From a phage, in the sequence record PV946933.1: 64,000 nucleotides of DNA; one strand, written 5' to 3'. Both the position numbers and the translations under genes were made by a program. Below the pieces are notes generated by a model. The model made no database searches, was not told the DNA's origin, and saw only the letters and a list, made by a program, of their open reading frames with translations. Positions within the stretch are counted from its first letter, which is position 1; every line of letters starts with the position of its first letter. Shown here in pieces: positions 37,512 to 49,535 of the stretch.

Positions 37512-38167
37512 GCTATTCTCTCAAAATAATAAAATACCGTAGGTTGTGTGTGACTATCTAGCGTGACAGTTTGCGCACCTAATAATTGCCAAGTTCCGTA
37601 TCCAGGTTTAGAAGGAGAAATTATTTCTTGTTTGAAAGTAATTCCTTTATCAGAGTATTGTTCTAAGATATGTTCTTGGTTATCTAAATACTTAACTTGT
37701 ATTTTATTTCCTATGGTAGGATGGTCTTCAAATGAATCAATTGCAATAAATTTTGCAACCATTTCCTGCAGAGCTGTTCTAACGGCACTGGTAAATTCTA
37801 TTGAAGTCATTCCATTAGTAGCTTTAACAGGAATGCCAAACATGTTAACAATAACTGGGTCACCTGGTTTGGCTGAAGTATCATTGACAGTTCCTTCAAA
37901 TGACCAATAGTCTGTTTGCTGCACGCCAGTAGGAGATACGCCACTTATATTAACTAATACAGCTCCAACCTGTTGCTCTGCCATATTTCTAACATCATTA
38001 ATAGCAGATTCTACATTTGGGTCATAAAACCCTTTTGCTATTTGTGAAATTGTTACAGCACCTACTGGCTGATTATTCATAACCGAAATATCATTTTTCT
38101 TAGTTCTAAAACCAAGAAAATCTGCTAAGCGGGAAATAACTCCCGCTTTATTATTAAGTAAACTCAT
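37508..38167 (-). CDS. 11: baseplate wedge gp11
   Basis: 219 aa from MSLLNN; TAATG junction with gene 10. Confidence 0.8.
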   Translation of the reverse strand: MSLLNNKAGVISRLADFLGFRTKKNDISVMNNQPVGAVTISQIAKGFYDPNVESAINDVRNMAEQQVGAVLVNISGVSPTGVQQTDYWSFEGTVNDTSAKPGDPVIVNMFGIPVKATNGMTSIEFTSAVRTALQEMVAKFIAIDSFEDHPTIGNKIQVKYLDNQEHILEQYSDKGITFKQEIISPSKPGYGTWQLLGAQTVTLDSHTQPTVFYYFERIA

Positions 38168-39972
38168 TATGCAATCCTTATCCAACGGTATACAGTAATA
38201 GACGGTTGAATATTACTAATATTAGCAGGAGGAGTATGTGAAGAGTTTGTTGTTGCGTAGTCTTCACGATATTTTGTATATATAGGACCAGTTTCATCTG
38301 GGTCATATTGGCAACCTCCAATAATAACTGATCCGTTTTCGTCTTCAATTAAAACTCTTTCGTCGGTTTTAGTTGCAGGAAGATTTGCGTTTTCAAGTGT
38401 CACCGTTGTTGTTCCAACTGTTCCACCGGCAGTATGTGAAGGATTTCCGCTAGAATCTAAATCATTATTGTTTAAAGCAAAGTTTGGATCCGTAACATCA
38501 TCATTCCATCCTACTAAAACTTGTCCTTTACCAAATAATTTCCATGAACCAAATCCCATATAAGTCACCGGATTATTTGGATTTATAGCATTTTCATAAA
38601 TTGAACCAACAGGATAAATGCTATCGAAAATAGATGATATTGAATTATACGTTCTAGTATAAGAATCAACTTTTTCAACATTTGGCCAACCGATTTTATC
38701 AAAATCGGTTAAGGCTACATCACCAGTAACTTCGGTAGATGATCCTTTGCTAACATAACGGTCATCCGTTAATTCAATAATGTCATCTTTTTCTAAAAGA
38801 GTTCCTAAATCATTATTGAACCATGTTATAACGATAATGTCGCCGGATTCAAATTTTCTATCAAATAAAAGACTGATAGGTTTTCCGTCTTCATATTCTA
38901 TAGAATAATCCGTGTTTGATTCTTTCCATTCGCCACCAAGAGATATACATCCTTCTTGCGTATCTGAATTAGCGCCTTCACACAAAAACAGAGGATATCC
39001 AGCTGTTCCAGCCTGCTGCTGTAAAATTCCATTAAAACGAACCTCAAGAGAGTTAGGATTAATAGGTTCACCAGGAATTAATCCAAATGCAGAAAATGGA
39101 ATTGATTTCATCGCCGATAAATCAGTAACATAAATGCTTCCTTCTAAAGAAGTCTTTGATGTTAGTTTTGAATCTAGTACTTTTATTTGGCGTCTTGTAT
39201 ATGAACTTCTCCATTGTGATACACCATCCATAAATGTTTCAATTTGAACGGTGTCACCAATATTACATGGCTGTCTTAGCCTAATATTAAATCCATCAAG
39301 AGGAACTAATTCGCCTTCATTTTCGCCCGGAGAGCCAAAGTCACTGTTTTCGCTAAATACATCACCGTAATACAATTCGTTACCACGATGTTTTACTCTG
39401 ATGTTATTGACATTATAACTAGTTCCATTGAAAACATCTAAAAAGTCAGTTTGTCCTTGAACTTCAACTAAAAATTCTTTGCGAGCTACATTACTAATAT
39501 CTGAACTAACAATTTTGTCAATTTGTTTGTTTTTGACATATTCCCAACGTCCTGGAGCGCAATAAACGAGCTCTAAATCACTAAATTGAATATTAATTTC
39601 AACTGACGATGACGACCCTTTAATTGTATCTCCGGAAGCAGCTACTAAAGTAACTGGATTGATGTTCCATGTAGCGAATACGTCTCTAGCTCTAATTACC
39701 TTGTTGTAATCATTAACAGTTCCTTTAGGAAGTTGTAGAGTTACTCTTCCAGACGAAGTATTAATGGCATATGATTTTCCCCATTCTGCCGTTAGTGTTT
39801 GTCCAGATGAAGCATCATAAGTTTTCCAGGCACCGGCTGAATATGGAACATCTCCATCACCAAGTTCATAATAAAGTTCATCAAAGTTTTCATTTATTTT
39901 TATACCACCTTTACGCAGGTAGTCACCGGTACCATCATCAACAACATTACCGATATTAATATTTTGTTTCAT
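38167..39972 (-). CDS. 10: baseplate wedge gp10
   Basis: 601 aa; position. Confidence 0.85.
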   Translation of the reverse strand: MKQNINIGNVVDDGTGDYLRKGGIKINENFDELYYELGDGDVPYSAGAWKTYDASSGQTLTAEWGKSYAINTSSGRVTLQLPKGTVNDYNKVIRARDVFATWNINPVTLVAASGDTIKGSSSSVEINIQFSDLELVYCAPGRWEYVKNKQIDKIVSSDISNVARKEFLVEVQGQTDFLDVFNGTSYNVNNIRVKHRGNELYYGDVFSENSDFGSPGENEGELVPLDGFNIRLRQPCNIGDTVQIETFMDGVSQWRSSYTRRQIKVLDSKLTSKTSLEGSIYVTDLSAMKSIPFSAFGLIPGEPINPNSLEVRFNGILQQQAGTAGYPLFLCEGANSDTQEGCISLGGEWKESNTDYSIEYEDGKPISLLFDRKFESGDIIVITWFNNDLGTLLEKDDIIELTDDRYVSKGSSTEVTGDVALTDFDKIGWPNVEKVDSYTRTYNSISSIFDSIYPVGSIYENAINPNNPVTYMGFGSWKLFGKGQVLVGWNDDVTDPNFALNNNDLDSSGNPSHTAGGTVGTTTVTLENANLPATKTDERVLIEDENGSVIIGGCQYDPDETGPIYTKYREDYATTNSSHTPPANISNIQPSITVYRWIRIA

Positions 39973-40838
39973 TATTGAGCCACCCCGATTTTCTGCGTAG
40001 CGATAACTTTAACTGCTGCTCTCATACCGACAGTTGAAGAACTTATAGTCGCCGTTACATAATTTTCTTTAATACTAAATGCAATATTAGCGATTTCGTC
40101 TTCTTCGGTTTCATTCCCAACCCGCATGACAGCATATTCAGAAGAAATGACCGTTGAATTAACAGTATCTACAAGAATATTTATTTCTGCCGTTTTAATT
40201 TTTCTTCCATCTACCGATTGACAAGTAACTAGCAATTTAGCCATATTGTATTCAGTACGATGAAATAATGGAATGTCAACTGATCCAGATGTAGAAATAT
40301 TCCATGTACCTTCGGCAGGTGATTCCTTTTGGCCAAACATACTTTCAATAGAATAATTCCAAACTGACGTAGAATTATCAGATGAAATACAGCGCAAAGT
40401 TACTTTACTATATGGGCTAGTTACTACCAAATTACCCGAAACACCTTTAATTGAATCAATGGCTTGAATTGTTAAAGGATTAGTAACTGATATCGATCCA
40501 TTAGAATTAATGAATTCAACACAGTCGCCGAGTTCTCCTCTTTCAATGATAACTTTAACACCAACAGCAGAGGTATCAATATCATGTCTAGTGCCAACTT
40601 TTACTGGAGTTGCGTACTCTGTGATAGAATGCTTTTGATAATATCCAGTAGCATGGATAATTTGGCCGTCAGCACCAGTACCATTTGCTACTGCCATTTT
40701 ACGTTGATCGCCAAACGCGTTATAAATTGCATTAAAATCACTATTAATTTTATTACCACCGTCGAATAAGATATCACCAGTAGAAGCGTTACCAATTTCG
40801 CCGGTATCAATCAATTTCTTTGGTTCTTGAATGAACAT
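39972..40838 (-). CDS. 9: baseplate wedge / long tail fiber socket gp9
   Basis: 288 aa; position. Confidence 0.85.
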   Translation of the reverse strand: MFIQEPKKLIDTGEIGNASTGDILFDGGNKINSDFNAIYNAFGDQRKMAVANGTGADGQIIHATGYYQKHSITEYATPVKVGTRHDIDTSAVGVKVIIERGELGDCVEFINSNGSISVTNPLTIQAIDSIKGVSGNLVVTSPYSKVTLRCISSDNSTSVWNYSIESMFGQKESPAEGTWNISTSGSVDIPLFHRTEYNMAKLLVTCQSVDGRKIKTAEINILVDTVNSTVISSEYAVMRVGNETEEDEIANIAFSIKENYVTATISSSTVGMRAAVKVIATQKIGVAQ

Positions 40839-40863
40839 AGCGGTTTCCTTATGAGTTTATAGT

Positions 40864-40871
40864 ATTTATAA
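40864..40871 (-). promoter_or_regulatory. late promoter TATAAATA upstream of gene 9
   Basis: motif 26 nt before the ATG. Confidence 0.55.
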
Positions 40872-40876
40872 AGAAA

Positions 40877-40898
40877 AAGGGAGCCCATGGGCTCCCTT
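40877..40898 (-). terminator. palindromic hairpin gggagccca/tgggctccc after gene 8
   Basis: seen directly. Confidence 0.5.
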
Positions 40899-40901
40899 AA
40901 T

Positions 40902-41906
40902 TTAAAATGTAAACAGAATATTGATTTCTTCTGTTTGATCCATTGCCATAATAATAGGTGGCCTATTTTCCATATAAATCATTTCGCCCGAATGCCTCAT
41001 TAAATCTTCCGGATCATAGTAATCCTTTTCAGCTTTAACGTTTGGGTCATTTGGATGAACTTTAGCTTCAAGAGGATTCGTGATTATCGATATTTGTCTA
41101 AATCCTTTATTTCCTGGCAATGCAGCTTCAGGAAAATACACTGAATCTAAGTATGCTTTAAAACGAATAGTATTTGCCTTAACCCGGTAAATTAATCCAA
41201 AATCATCTTGCTGCCAGGTGAGGTTATCTTCATACCCCCATCTAGTTGGGTCTTCTTTTAATTCCTCAGGCCAAGGAACTACGATATATTCATTTGTGCA
41301 TCTGTTTATAGATACATCAGGCGGAATCTCAAAAAGATATTCCCATACATACCCGTCTCCAGGTTCGATTGTTCCTTCCGCGTCTCCTCGACCTTCAGGA
41401 GGAGTCATTGACCTAACAGAAGGAGTCCATTTTCCACCTAGCTTAAGGCATTCATCCTTATTAGTTAAAGACTCAATTGAGCACATTCCAGTATCAGGAA
41501 CATCTAAACAACGATATACTAACCAGCCTGCGCCTGATTCGGTAGCGTTGTAAGGAGCTGAGTTACACACTACAATATCGTTAATTCTAAATGTGTATGG
41601 ATCCGGATATCTAGTATCTCCCCAATCTCGACGAGGAATAACTGCATCAAGCATAGATGGAAGAACCTTCACGGTTCCCATCATATGAGTCCACATGTCA
41701 GTTACACCTAACACAGAATCGGTGGGATAAGGTGGGGCAAATCCCACCTCATTTTCGTTTGATGACCACGGTTCTGATCTTCCAAATGTAATAAAGATAG
41801 TGTTTTTATCCGGACCACTTCCAATTGAATTATAAAAATTCAACATTTTTTCTGTTCTAAATTTTGAAGTAACTATCGCACGATAGATAACACTTGAATC
41901 ATTCAT
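40902..41906 (-). CDS. 8: baseplate wedge gp8
   Basis: 334 aa; position. Confidence 0.85.
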   Translation of the reverse strand: MNDSSVIYRAIVTSKFRTEKMLNFYNSIGSGPDKNTIFITFGRSEPWSSNENEVGFAPPYPTDSVLGVTDMWTHMMGTVKVLPSMLDAVIPRRDWGDTRYPDPYTFRINDIVVCNSAPYNATESGAGWLVYRCLDVPDTGMCSIESLTNKDECLKLGGKWTPSVRSMTPPEGRGDAEGTIEPGDGYVWEYLFEIPPDVSINRCTNEYIVVPWPEELKEDPTRWGYEDNLTWQQDDFGLIYRVKANTIRFKAYLDSVYFPEAALPGNKGFRQISIITNPLEAKVHPNDPNVKAEKDYYDPEDLMRHSGEMIYMENRPPIIMAMDQTEEINILFTF

Positions 41907-44900
41907 CTATTTTAACCTGTGTTGGATTTTCAGGGTCTCTTGGATTTCCTATATTATCTTTTAGACGTTTATTAACTAAATCCCTAAATTGCGCAAATGT
42001 TGTTCCAGATGCATCAAATAGAGGACTCATTAACTTGCGTCGTTCAGAAGGCAATCGACCTTGAAATATTGAATTATTATTTTCAGCATTATAGTCATCA
42101 GGAAGAGGATATTCTACACCAGCCATTGGGCCAGGTTCATAAATTGCTTCGCCTGTTACTGAGTCATGCTCAATTTCGCCGGTTGGAGTTAATTTAGCTA
42201 CTCTATCAGCATATTCAGTAGGCAATCCAGAATCCCATTTATAGTTTTTGTATTTATTAATTATAGTCTCTGTATGTTTAAGAGTTAAACCGACATTAAT
42301 AAACATTGTTAAAAGAGTAATTGCTATAAATCCAAATCCTACTGGATGAACAAAACGAATAACGTCAGATTTCCAGCGGGAAGAAGGTAAATTGGATTTA
42401 ATTTTCATTACATAATATGATCTACTTCTATTAATATAGTCTATATTATTTTGAAGCAAATCCTTTCCTTTAACCCCGCGAATAATTTCGCCTTCGAAAC
42501 TAGGGAGTCTTTCTGCTTTAACTTCTTGACCGGCAATTAATCTTCCCAAAAGATTATGAATAGTTACGGTCCATTGCAATTTACCATTAGAATAGCTTCT
42601 TTCTATATAAGTAACATTACATCTTCCTGTAGCTGTATAAATCGTTTGTCCTACTAAATCTTCAGTCAAAGAATCAGATTGAACGATTATATCATATTCA
42701 GTACCAGCCCCAGACTCAATTTCAATTTCAACCTCTTCATTATAAAGAACTTTAAAAAGAAATTTGTATGATGCTTCAATTCCTTTAGTAGAATAAAAAT
42801 CATAGCTACGTGATTCGAAAAATCTTGCAACAGCATCGCGTTTGTCAGCATTTAAATAAATGTTTCTTTTATATATCTCTGACCACAAATATTCCCATGC
42901 ATGCTCTTCTCGTGGATATTTGTTACGAATTAAATTTCGTAAATTGTTATACTGAGTTCCATATCCATCAGAAAGATACTGAATATATGCTTCGCAAAAT
43001 GCCTCAAAATTCGAATCCTGTAGCAAATAAGAATCAGGCATCATTGTGCCAATCAATGGTCTTAAATCAGGGTCAGCTAATCCATGCTCTTCTTCAGGCG
43101 ACCAAGGAGTTTCATGCTCTTGGTTTTGTAAAAATGCTTTTAAAAATATTTCAGTTGGCTTCCAAATTATTTCAACCGTGTCTCTAACACGATAGTTAAA
43201 ATCATAGTAAGAAATTATTTCACCAGAAGACTTATAAAAAAGCATCCCAGATGCGTATTTTTTAAATCCCGTGAATTTAACATTTGGCATTACTATAGTA
43301 CAATCGCCATCATCCCAGTATTCATGAACTAATCTATCTGGTGATGTTTCAGGAATATTTTCTATAACTTTAGTGTATTTTAAATCAGCATAAACTACTA
43401 CAGCTCTGTCAGAGTTGTTTATCCAACAACGTGTGTTAGATTTTTTAGACCAGTTAAAGAATGGTTCTGCATAGTATTTCATCGGCTGAGGAGTAAAAGT
43501 TTCCCAATCAGACTTTTCATCTGCTATAAATGCCATCATATGATAATGCTTATCAGCTAACCATTCACGAGGAAATTCATATTTAACAGCACCGATTAAC
43601 TGATATTTTACTGCAGTTTCAGGGTCATTAACAACATTATCACTTAAAAATTTAAAATTGCTCGATGATAGAGAAACTAATTTACCATCAGTTGACATAT
43701 TCGCATACCCTGGTTGAATACGTCTTCTTTCTTCTTCAGTGTTGCCAAAAACTCTTTTCCATGTTTTCGTGGCATGATTTAAAACATATATTCCTTTATC
43801 GGCAGAATCAATTATTTTTGATGTTCTAGGATTAGCATTTAATGTTTCAACTTCTCCGATAATAAGAGCAAAAACTTTATCACCAATAGAATCCATTTTA
43901 TAACATACTGCTTTAGGATTTCCGGTTATAGTCATCGTATCAGGTTCAAATAGCCGTTCCGAATATGTTGGAGATAATGGGTCAGAATCTATAGGTGCAT
44001 TACTCGTTTTTATGTATCTAACTTTGTCTCTGGCGACAACGTAAATGTAATCATCAGTGCAAGTAATAGCTTCTGCAATGCGATATACATTAGCTGGCAA
44101 AGTCGCGTAAGTGGCAAAAATTTCTACATCAAATCCTAGATGTAATTGGTCGCCAAGTTTAGCAAATGTTATATCCTGCGAACTAAATCTGACATCATCA
44201 GCTGACCATCTAACATCAGTAGATTTGCGGCCATAGAAAATCTTGTCGTATCCTAGAACGTATGTTGTGTTTGCAGATTGGTAATATACAGTCTTAGATA
44301 AAGGATATCCTACACGGTCATTGAAGAGCTTTACAGCTTTCCAGGTTTGTCCTTTATCATTAGATACTTTAACTACAGGTTGATAACGCTCAAAAAGATA
44401 TAGAATCCCTTCTGATTCCATCAAATAAACTCGGTTAATATCCTTACATACTTGCTGAATAGAACCTTGTATTTCATGATACTCATTTTCACCAATAATA
44501 AAATTACTTATTGATGAAACATCAACATATGATGGGCTGAATTGAAACGATTCATTCATCAATGCAGCCATTATAGTGTCATTGTTAAAATTGACATAGT
44601 CAGAATTATTAAGAGTAAATTTTTCCTGAATGAATTTATTAGCTAATTGCATTTCAATCATGTTTTGAAATGTATAAGCGTTTGTAGCAAAAGTTTCAAA
44701 CTCTTCAGTATAAATCCAATCAGACTGCTCAAAATCCTGCGCAGCTGTAGCTACTCTAATAATGTACGATGTCAATGGATTAGCATTATCAAAAAAGAAG
44801 CTGTTATTTGCAGTATATCCTAAGTTAATCCATCTGTATTGATTACTCGGGAGATTTTCCCCCGAGTTTGTTTTTGTCTCAGCGATTTCTACAAAATAGT

Positions 44901-44997
44901 AGAAATTAGCACCAACGTCATCCCAGCGTACTTGCACCTGATTTGCGGATAACTTGGAAATTCTGAGACTAGTGACTGAAGGTGCTTTTACTGTCAT
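41899..44997 (-). CDS. 7: baseplate wedge gp7
   Basis: 1032 aa; position. Confidence 0.9.
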   Translation of the reverse strand: MTVKAPSVTSLRISKLSANQVQVRWDDVGANFYYFVEIAETKTNSGENLPSNQYRWINLGYTANNSFFFDNANPLTSYIIRVATAAQDFEQSDWIYTEEFETFATNAYTFQNMIEMQLANKFIQEKFTLNNSDYVNFNNDTIMAALMNESFQFSPSYVDVSSISNFIIGENEYHEIQGSIQQVCKDINRVYLMESEGILYLFERYQPVVKVSNDKGQTWKAVKLFNDRVGYPLSKTVYYQSANTTYVLGYDKIFYGRKSTDVRWSADDVRFSSQDITFAKLGDQLHLGFDVEIFATYATLPANVYRIAEAITCTDDYIYVVARDKVRYIKTSNAPIDSDPLSPTYSERLFEPDTMTITGNPKAVCYKMDSIGDKVFALIIGEVETLNANPRTSKIIDSADKGIYVLNHATKTWKRVFGNTEEERRRIQPGYANMSTDGKLVSLSSSNFKFLSDNVVNDPETAVKYQLIGAVKYEFPREWLADKHYHMMAFIADEKSDWETFTPQPMKYYAEPFFNWSKKSNTRCWINNSDRAVVVYADLKYTKVIENIPETSPDRLVHEYWDDGDCTIVMPNVKFTGFKKYASGMLFYKSSGEIISYYDFNYRVRDTVEIIWKPTEIFLKAFLQNQEHETPWSPEEEHGLADPDLRPLIGTMMPDSYLLQDSNFEAFCEAYIQYLSDGYGTQYNNLRNLIRNKYPREEHAWEYLWSEIYKRNIYLNADKRDAVARFFESRSYDFYSTKGIEASYKFLFKVLYNEEVEIEIESGAGTEYDIIVQSDSLTEDLVGQTIYTATGRCNVTYIERSYSNGKLQWTVTIHNLLGRLIAGQEVKAERLPSFEGEIIRGVKGKDLLQNNIDYINRSRSYYVMKIKSNLPSSRWKSDVIRFVHPVGFGFIAITLLTMFINVGLTLKHTETIINKYKNYKWDSGLPTEYADRVAKLTPTGEIEHDSVTGEAIYEPGPMAGVEYPLPDDYNAENNNSIFQGRLPSERRKLMSPLFDASGTTFAQFRDLVNKRLKDNIGNPRDPENPTQVKIDE

Positions 44998-46976
44998 TGT
45001 GATATAGGCTCCAAATCGATAGTTAAGTATTGTGGACGTAAATCATTTTCAAATACAATCAGTGAACCATCGCGTGTGAAAATAACATCGTCTATTGGAT
45101 CAGAATATAGCTCAATAGTCTGAACCTCAAATTTATCGGATGTTAAATTAATTTTAGCGATATTCCAATAAATCATGTCAGCTGGATAATTTATTTCACC
45201 GATAACGTAGTATTTGTCGCGTCCATCGGAACTTGCTAATTTATTAAAATCATTGCCTGTATATGGCTGAATGTTTTCATTTTCTGTAACATCACCCGAA
45301 GCAAATGGACCAATAATAACTTTACCAATTCCTTTAGAATCTCGGTCTGTTGATACTATACGAACGTCATATAATACATCTTCTTCTAAGCCAGTATCAG
45401 GATTTACAACCTTTCGTCCGGAATTAAATGAAAACGTATTAGATTCCATAGAACGATCTTTTATTTGATTATTGTATTTAATACCTGCTTCAGGCGTTTT
45501 ATAGAAGTTTTGTACTTCACGAACCATTTGAATTGTCGCGGATGAGCCAATGATAGAATGATCTGCATCATCTACGTATGTCAACATCTTAGATTTAGCA
45601 AAAGATGAGTTAAAAATTTCTACATCTTCGGTATAATAACGATCAATTTTATCAATTATTTGACCTTCTAGCCACTGTTCTGATTCTTGCAGCTTATTTA
45701 AAGCATATGTGACTTTTAAATTAGTCTTAACAAAAAGATAATTAGGAGAAATAATTGATGGTGTAATAGGAGCTAAATTATAATCTTTGAGATAATTTTT
45801 AATATCTTCACGTTGTACAGTAGTTAAATATAGTCCTGATTTAGGTTTAGCAGCAATAAATGCATAACCAGGTTTAGTAGAATCAGTGAAAGTCTGAACC
45901 GCTTGAATAATAGAACCGAATCTTTCTGAAACGAATGTATCATAGTCGGTTGCAGTTACGCAGCGTTGCTGGGTTTCGCGTTTAATAGTGCCCAATTCGC
46001 GAATACGCTCAATATCTTCTGGATCGCCGCCGCCATCTGCCCCAACAAAATCTGGGTCATCGTTTGGGTTTTCGTTAATATTGATGACAGTTATATTTGT
46101 TAATGTATCTGCGTATGAAAATCCGACTGCGCCATTCGCATCTGCACCGTTAGTACTGATGTACTCAATAACAATCGTAGAGTTCTGAGTAGGTTTAAGA
46201 CCTCCAATATAATTAGCGGTCAATGCTCCTTCTGCCGCGTTAACAGAAATCTCACCTTCACCAAAATAAAATTCAGTATTTCCATCAATAGTTTCACGCA
46301 TGTAGTAAATTGTTGATGTAGAACCAGCATGAACCATTGACTTTCTTGTCCAGTTAATCCATTCTGCTCCATCAACGTATAGTTTAACTTGGTTTCTATC
46401 TATATTTTTGTCATAAATGATAATAGGTGTTAATTTATCATAAATGATTTCAGTTCTTACTATACGCCCCTGGGCTAATTTTAAACGCGGAAAATATTGG
46501 TTATTTTTATCGCGAATAGCAATAACATCTTCGGTAGATACAAAGTTGTAAGGATTAACGGAAGTATCTTTTGCATATGCTAAAAAGCGAGTACCACGAG
46601 GAATAGTAATGTAATTTCTATTCAATGCGTCTGTGCAAGTTAGCATAATTTCAGTTTGAGCAGCTGATTTTGAAGTAGGTAAATATCCATTATCTTGTGC
46701 CGCTTGAACTACTGAACTACGTAAGTTAGCAGTACGCATAAAGCTTTCATATACGGCAGCATTACCAAACTGCTGAATGTATAATGTATTATAAGCTAAA
46801 AGGTCACACAGAACGTTTAATCTTGAGCCTTCAAAATCATAATCCAAAAATTCATTTTGACCATTAAGCCATTCAATGAGGTTTTGTTTTATTTCAGCAA
46901 ATGTACCCCCGACGAATATCTCGGGAATAGCATTTGCTGTTCTTGTTAATTGATAATTTACAGGGGTATTTGCCAT
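44994..46976 (-). CDS. 6: baseplate wedge gp6
   Basis: 660 aa; position. Confidence 0.9.
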   Translation of the reverse strand: MANTPVNYQLTRTANAIPEIFVGGTFAEIKQNLIEWLNGQNEFLDYDFEGSRLNVLCDLLAYNTLYIQQFGNAAVYESFMRTANLRSSVVQAAQDNGYLPTSKSAAQTEIMLTCTDALNRNYITIPRGTRFLAYAKDTSVNPYNFVSTEDVIAIRDKNNQYFPRLKLAQGRIVRTEIIYDKLTPIIIYDKNIDRNQVKLYVDGAEWINWTRKSMVHAGSTSTIYYMRETIDGNTEFYFGEGEISVNAAEGALTANYIGGLKPTQNSTIVIEYISTNGADANGAVGFSYADTLTNITVININENPNDDPDFVGADGGGDPEDIERIRELGTIKRETQQRCVTATDYDTFVSERFGSIIQAVQTFTDSTKPGYAFIAAKPKSGLYLTTVQREDIKNYLKDYNLAPITPSIISPNYLFVKTNLKVTYALNKLQESEQWLEGQIIDKIDRYYTEDVEIFNSSFAKSKMLTYVDDADHSIIGSSATIQMVREVQNFYKTPEAGIKYNNQIKDRSMESNTFSFNSGRKVVNPDTGLEEDVLYDVRIVSTDRDSKGIGKVIIGPFASGDVTENENIQPYTGNDFNKLASSDGRDKYYVIGEINYPADMIYWNIAKINLTSDKFEVQTIELYSDPIDDVIFTRDGSLIVFENDLRPQYLTIDLEPISQ

Positions 46977-46984
46977 TTTGAATC

Positions 46985-47278
46985 CTATTTAATGAATACT
47001 TTAGATGATGCCTGAGCCACAGTATCACCGCATGATATTGGATCAGCCATTTGAACAGCTTTCTTTCCAGTGACATATACTTTAGAAGTTCTAGGTTGTG
47101 TCACTCCGCCATGTGTTTCATATGGTTTTTTAATTTCTGTATGTTCTGTAATTGGATCACCTGCCACGAGAACAGCAATTCCTCCAGTGAATACTTTACT
47201 TTGTGTAGCATTCACAACTGTTGGAGGCCATGCTTCATGGCCAGCAGTAACACACTTATCATAACTTAATCCTGACAT
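46985..47278 (-). CDS. 5.4: PAAR-repeat spike tip protein gp5.4
   Basis: 97 aa; position between 5 and 6. Confidence 0.75.
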
Positions 47279-47836
47279 TTATTGCCTCTCATACACGTAG
47301 CTTCTTAATTTATTAGCCCAACGACTCCAATTTCCAACTATAGTTTTTGTATAATTTTTAACAAGGGTTTTTCTTATTGGAGCAGGAGGATCCGTTGGTT
47401 CAGTAGTATCAGAAGATGACCTAGAATTACTGCCAGAACCTCCAGATTCACTTTGTTCTTGATAGTCATATATTAATGTTACTTCATAAGTGAATGTCTT
47501 CTGGAGGTTTTGAGGAGCTTTCCATAGATATAACTGAGTATTAGAATCAGTTGGAAGGTCTTCCCATGAAGCAGCAGTTTTAAATTCATTATCTAAACGA
47601 TATTTCAATGCGTCATTTCCAAATCCAAATACAGATTCATACGTTCCATATAAACGATTTTCTTCTACTAAAACCCCAGGAGTTTCTTCGTAACTAGTTA
47701 TATTTATAGATACTAACGTTTCACCTGTTTCTAATTGAGCGGTAAAGGTGACGTCGATAGAAGAACCTTCCATGGATTCTCCTAAATCAGCGCTCATTGG
47801 AAGTATATTAGCCAATGTCAATCCTCGATCCATCAA
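47279..47836 (-). CDS. hypothetical protein between gene 5 and 5.4
   Basis: 185-aa ORF; start ambiguous (overlaps the gene 5 3' end). Confidence 0.5.
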
Positions 47837-49535
47837 TTGTGTATTGACCAGATGAAATAGAACTCATAGATGCCATTTTTTCTGTCCAATCACCACCAAC
47901 GTCCCAATCAACTGTCCCAGCAACTTTCCAAGAAAGATTTCCATTTACTGTATTAGTCTGATTTCCTTCAACTAAAGTGGTAGCATCCCCTTTAACTGTA
48001 ATGTCAGCATTACCTTCAACTACAATAGTAACATTGCCTTTAACTAGGATAGTTCCATTACCTTCAACTGTCTTAGTTTCATCGCCACGCACAAATATTG
48101 TGTTGCTTCCATCTATTTGGTGAAGACGATTATCCATGTTGTAATAAATTTCTGATCCACCGACGTTAGTCTTTTTATCGCCAGCTACCAAAAAATTACC
48201 GTCAGCATTTGTTATATCATACAAATTATCAACAGTTTTTCTCGTTCTTCTTCCTGATGGTGATACTTCCTCATACGTTCCAGTCGGATGAACTAATCTG
48301 TATCGTTCTTGCCCAGGGGTATCATCAAATTCCTGAATATGACCGCTTTCAGTTTCCATTGTGTGAACATACGGATATTCACCTTTATATGAAGAAACAG
48401 GTTCTTTGAATAAAATTCTCGAATCATTCGGAATAGGAGGGTCAGCCGGGTCAGAAGACTTTGCTACAGTAGCAGCCATTGCTGACAAAGACCTAGCTGG
48501 TGTTTTAACTTCAATACCGTATGATTCCAAATTACCTGTAAGAATAATCATGGTAACACGGGATGCACGGCCTTTTGTTTGTTGATACCATAATGAATCA
48601 CGACCGGCTTTGTATGCTTTTTCCCAATCTCCGGCTAACATAGCAGTTAACATTGTGTTAAATTTAGCTACACCGCCAACACCCATCTGAAATGCCATAT
48701 TTTCTAATGCCATTTGACGAGAACGATTAACTGCTTTCCAAACTGGGCCAACTTTAGAATGTGATTTAATGTCACGTTGCATATCAGCTAAATCACGTTC
48801 AAATAAAGTTACCGCTTCTTCCATTGTAATAGAACCTGGATTTCCGGTAATTTCACGACCAACTTGTTTTGATAAAACTTTATTAATTTGGGCCATATCA
48901 CGAACTGGTTGCTTCATGATAAGATGACCAATACCAATTGTCGGATATCCTTCTGTATCCCAATAAACTTTTAGTCTTAATCCTTCATCACGGCGAAGCA
49001 TTTCAGCCATTGACATATTTGGATTATCATCAGTTGGAATCTCTGATAGCGGTCTATCATCAGGATTTATCGCAGTGTCTAGATTGCTATCTTGGATAAT
49101 GTTAGAAGACGAATCATATCCTACTTCTCCGCCTTGGTTTAATACGTTAGTATCATTTCCTAGACGTCTAGGATACTGCCCAGTTGGGTCAGAAAATCCT
49201 TCAAGTCTATTAGGTTTTTCGCGAACTATCCCACCATACGTGCCAAGGACAATTCCGTTAGTTTTCCATTTGTCTAAAAAATGACCATAAACTCTAGTTC
49301 CTTCTACTGGTCCTGTAACAGAACCTCCAATTCCAGACATTGCTGCAGAAGTTATCGGTTGAATAACTGACATCCATGGCAATTTATCGGTTGGAATACC
49401 CATTACATCGCCTTGCGCTCTTTGGGGTGGATGCAGACCAACCACACGAACACGAACGCGACCTAATTTTAATGGGTCCATTCTATCTTCAACAACACCA
49501 ACAAACCAGTTGAGGTTATTACTTATCATTTCCAT
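47808..49535 (-). CDS. 5: baseplate hub / cell-puncturing protein gp5 with lysozyme domain and beta-helix
   Basis: 575 aa; internal EGLRLKVYWDTEGYPTIGIGH lysozyme motif; C-terminal VxGxxxxx repeats. Confidence 0.9.
   Translation of the reverse strand: MEMISNNLNWFVGVVEDRMDPLKLGRVRVRVVGLHPPQRAQGDVMGIPTDKLPWMSVIQPITSAAMSGIGGSVTGPVEGTRVYGHFLDKWKTNGIVLGTYGGIVREKPNRLEGFSDPTGQYPRRLGNDTNVLNQGGEVGYDSSSNIIQDSNLDTAINPDDRPLSEIPTDDNPNMSMAEMLRRDEGLRLKVYWDTEGYPTIGIGHLIMKQPVRDMAQINKVLSKQVGREITGNPGSITMEEAVTLFERDLADMQRDIKSHSKVGPVWKAVNRSRQMALENMAFQMGVGGVAKFNTMLTAMLAGDWEKAYKAGRDSLWYQQTKGRASRVTMIILTGNLESYGIEVKTPARSLSAMAATVAKSSDPADPPIPNDSRILFKEPVSSYKGEYPYVHTMETESGHIQEFDDTPGQERYRLVHPTGTYEEVSPSGRRTRKTVDNLYDITNADGNFLVAGDKKTNVGGSEIYYNMDNRLHQIDGSNTIFVRGDETKTVEGNGTILVKGNVTIVVEGNADITVKGDATTLVEGNQTNTVNGNLSWKVAGTVDWDVGGDWTEKMASMSSISSGQYTIDGSRIDIG

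Noticed and set aside
47279-47836. Searched the gene 5 to gene 6 interval for origin iterons
   Set aside because: No direct-repeat array seen by eye; the interval is treated only as a hypothetical CDS.
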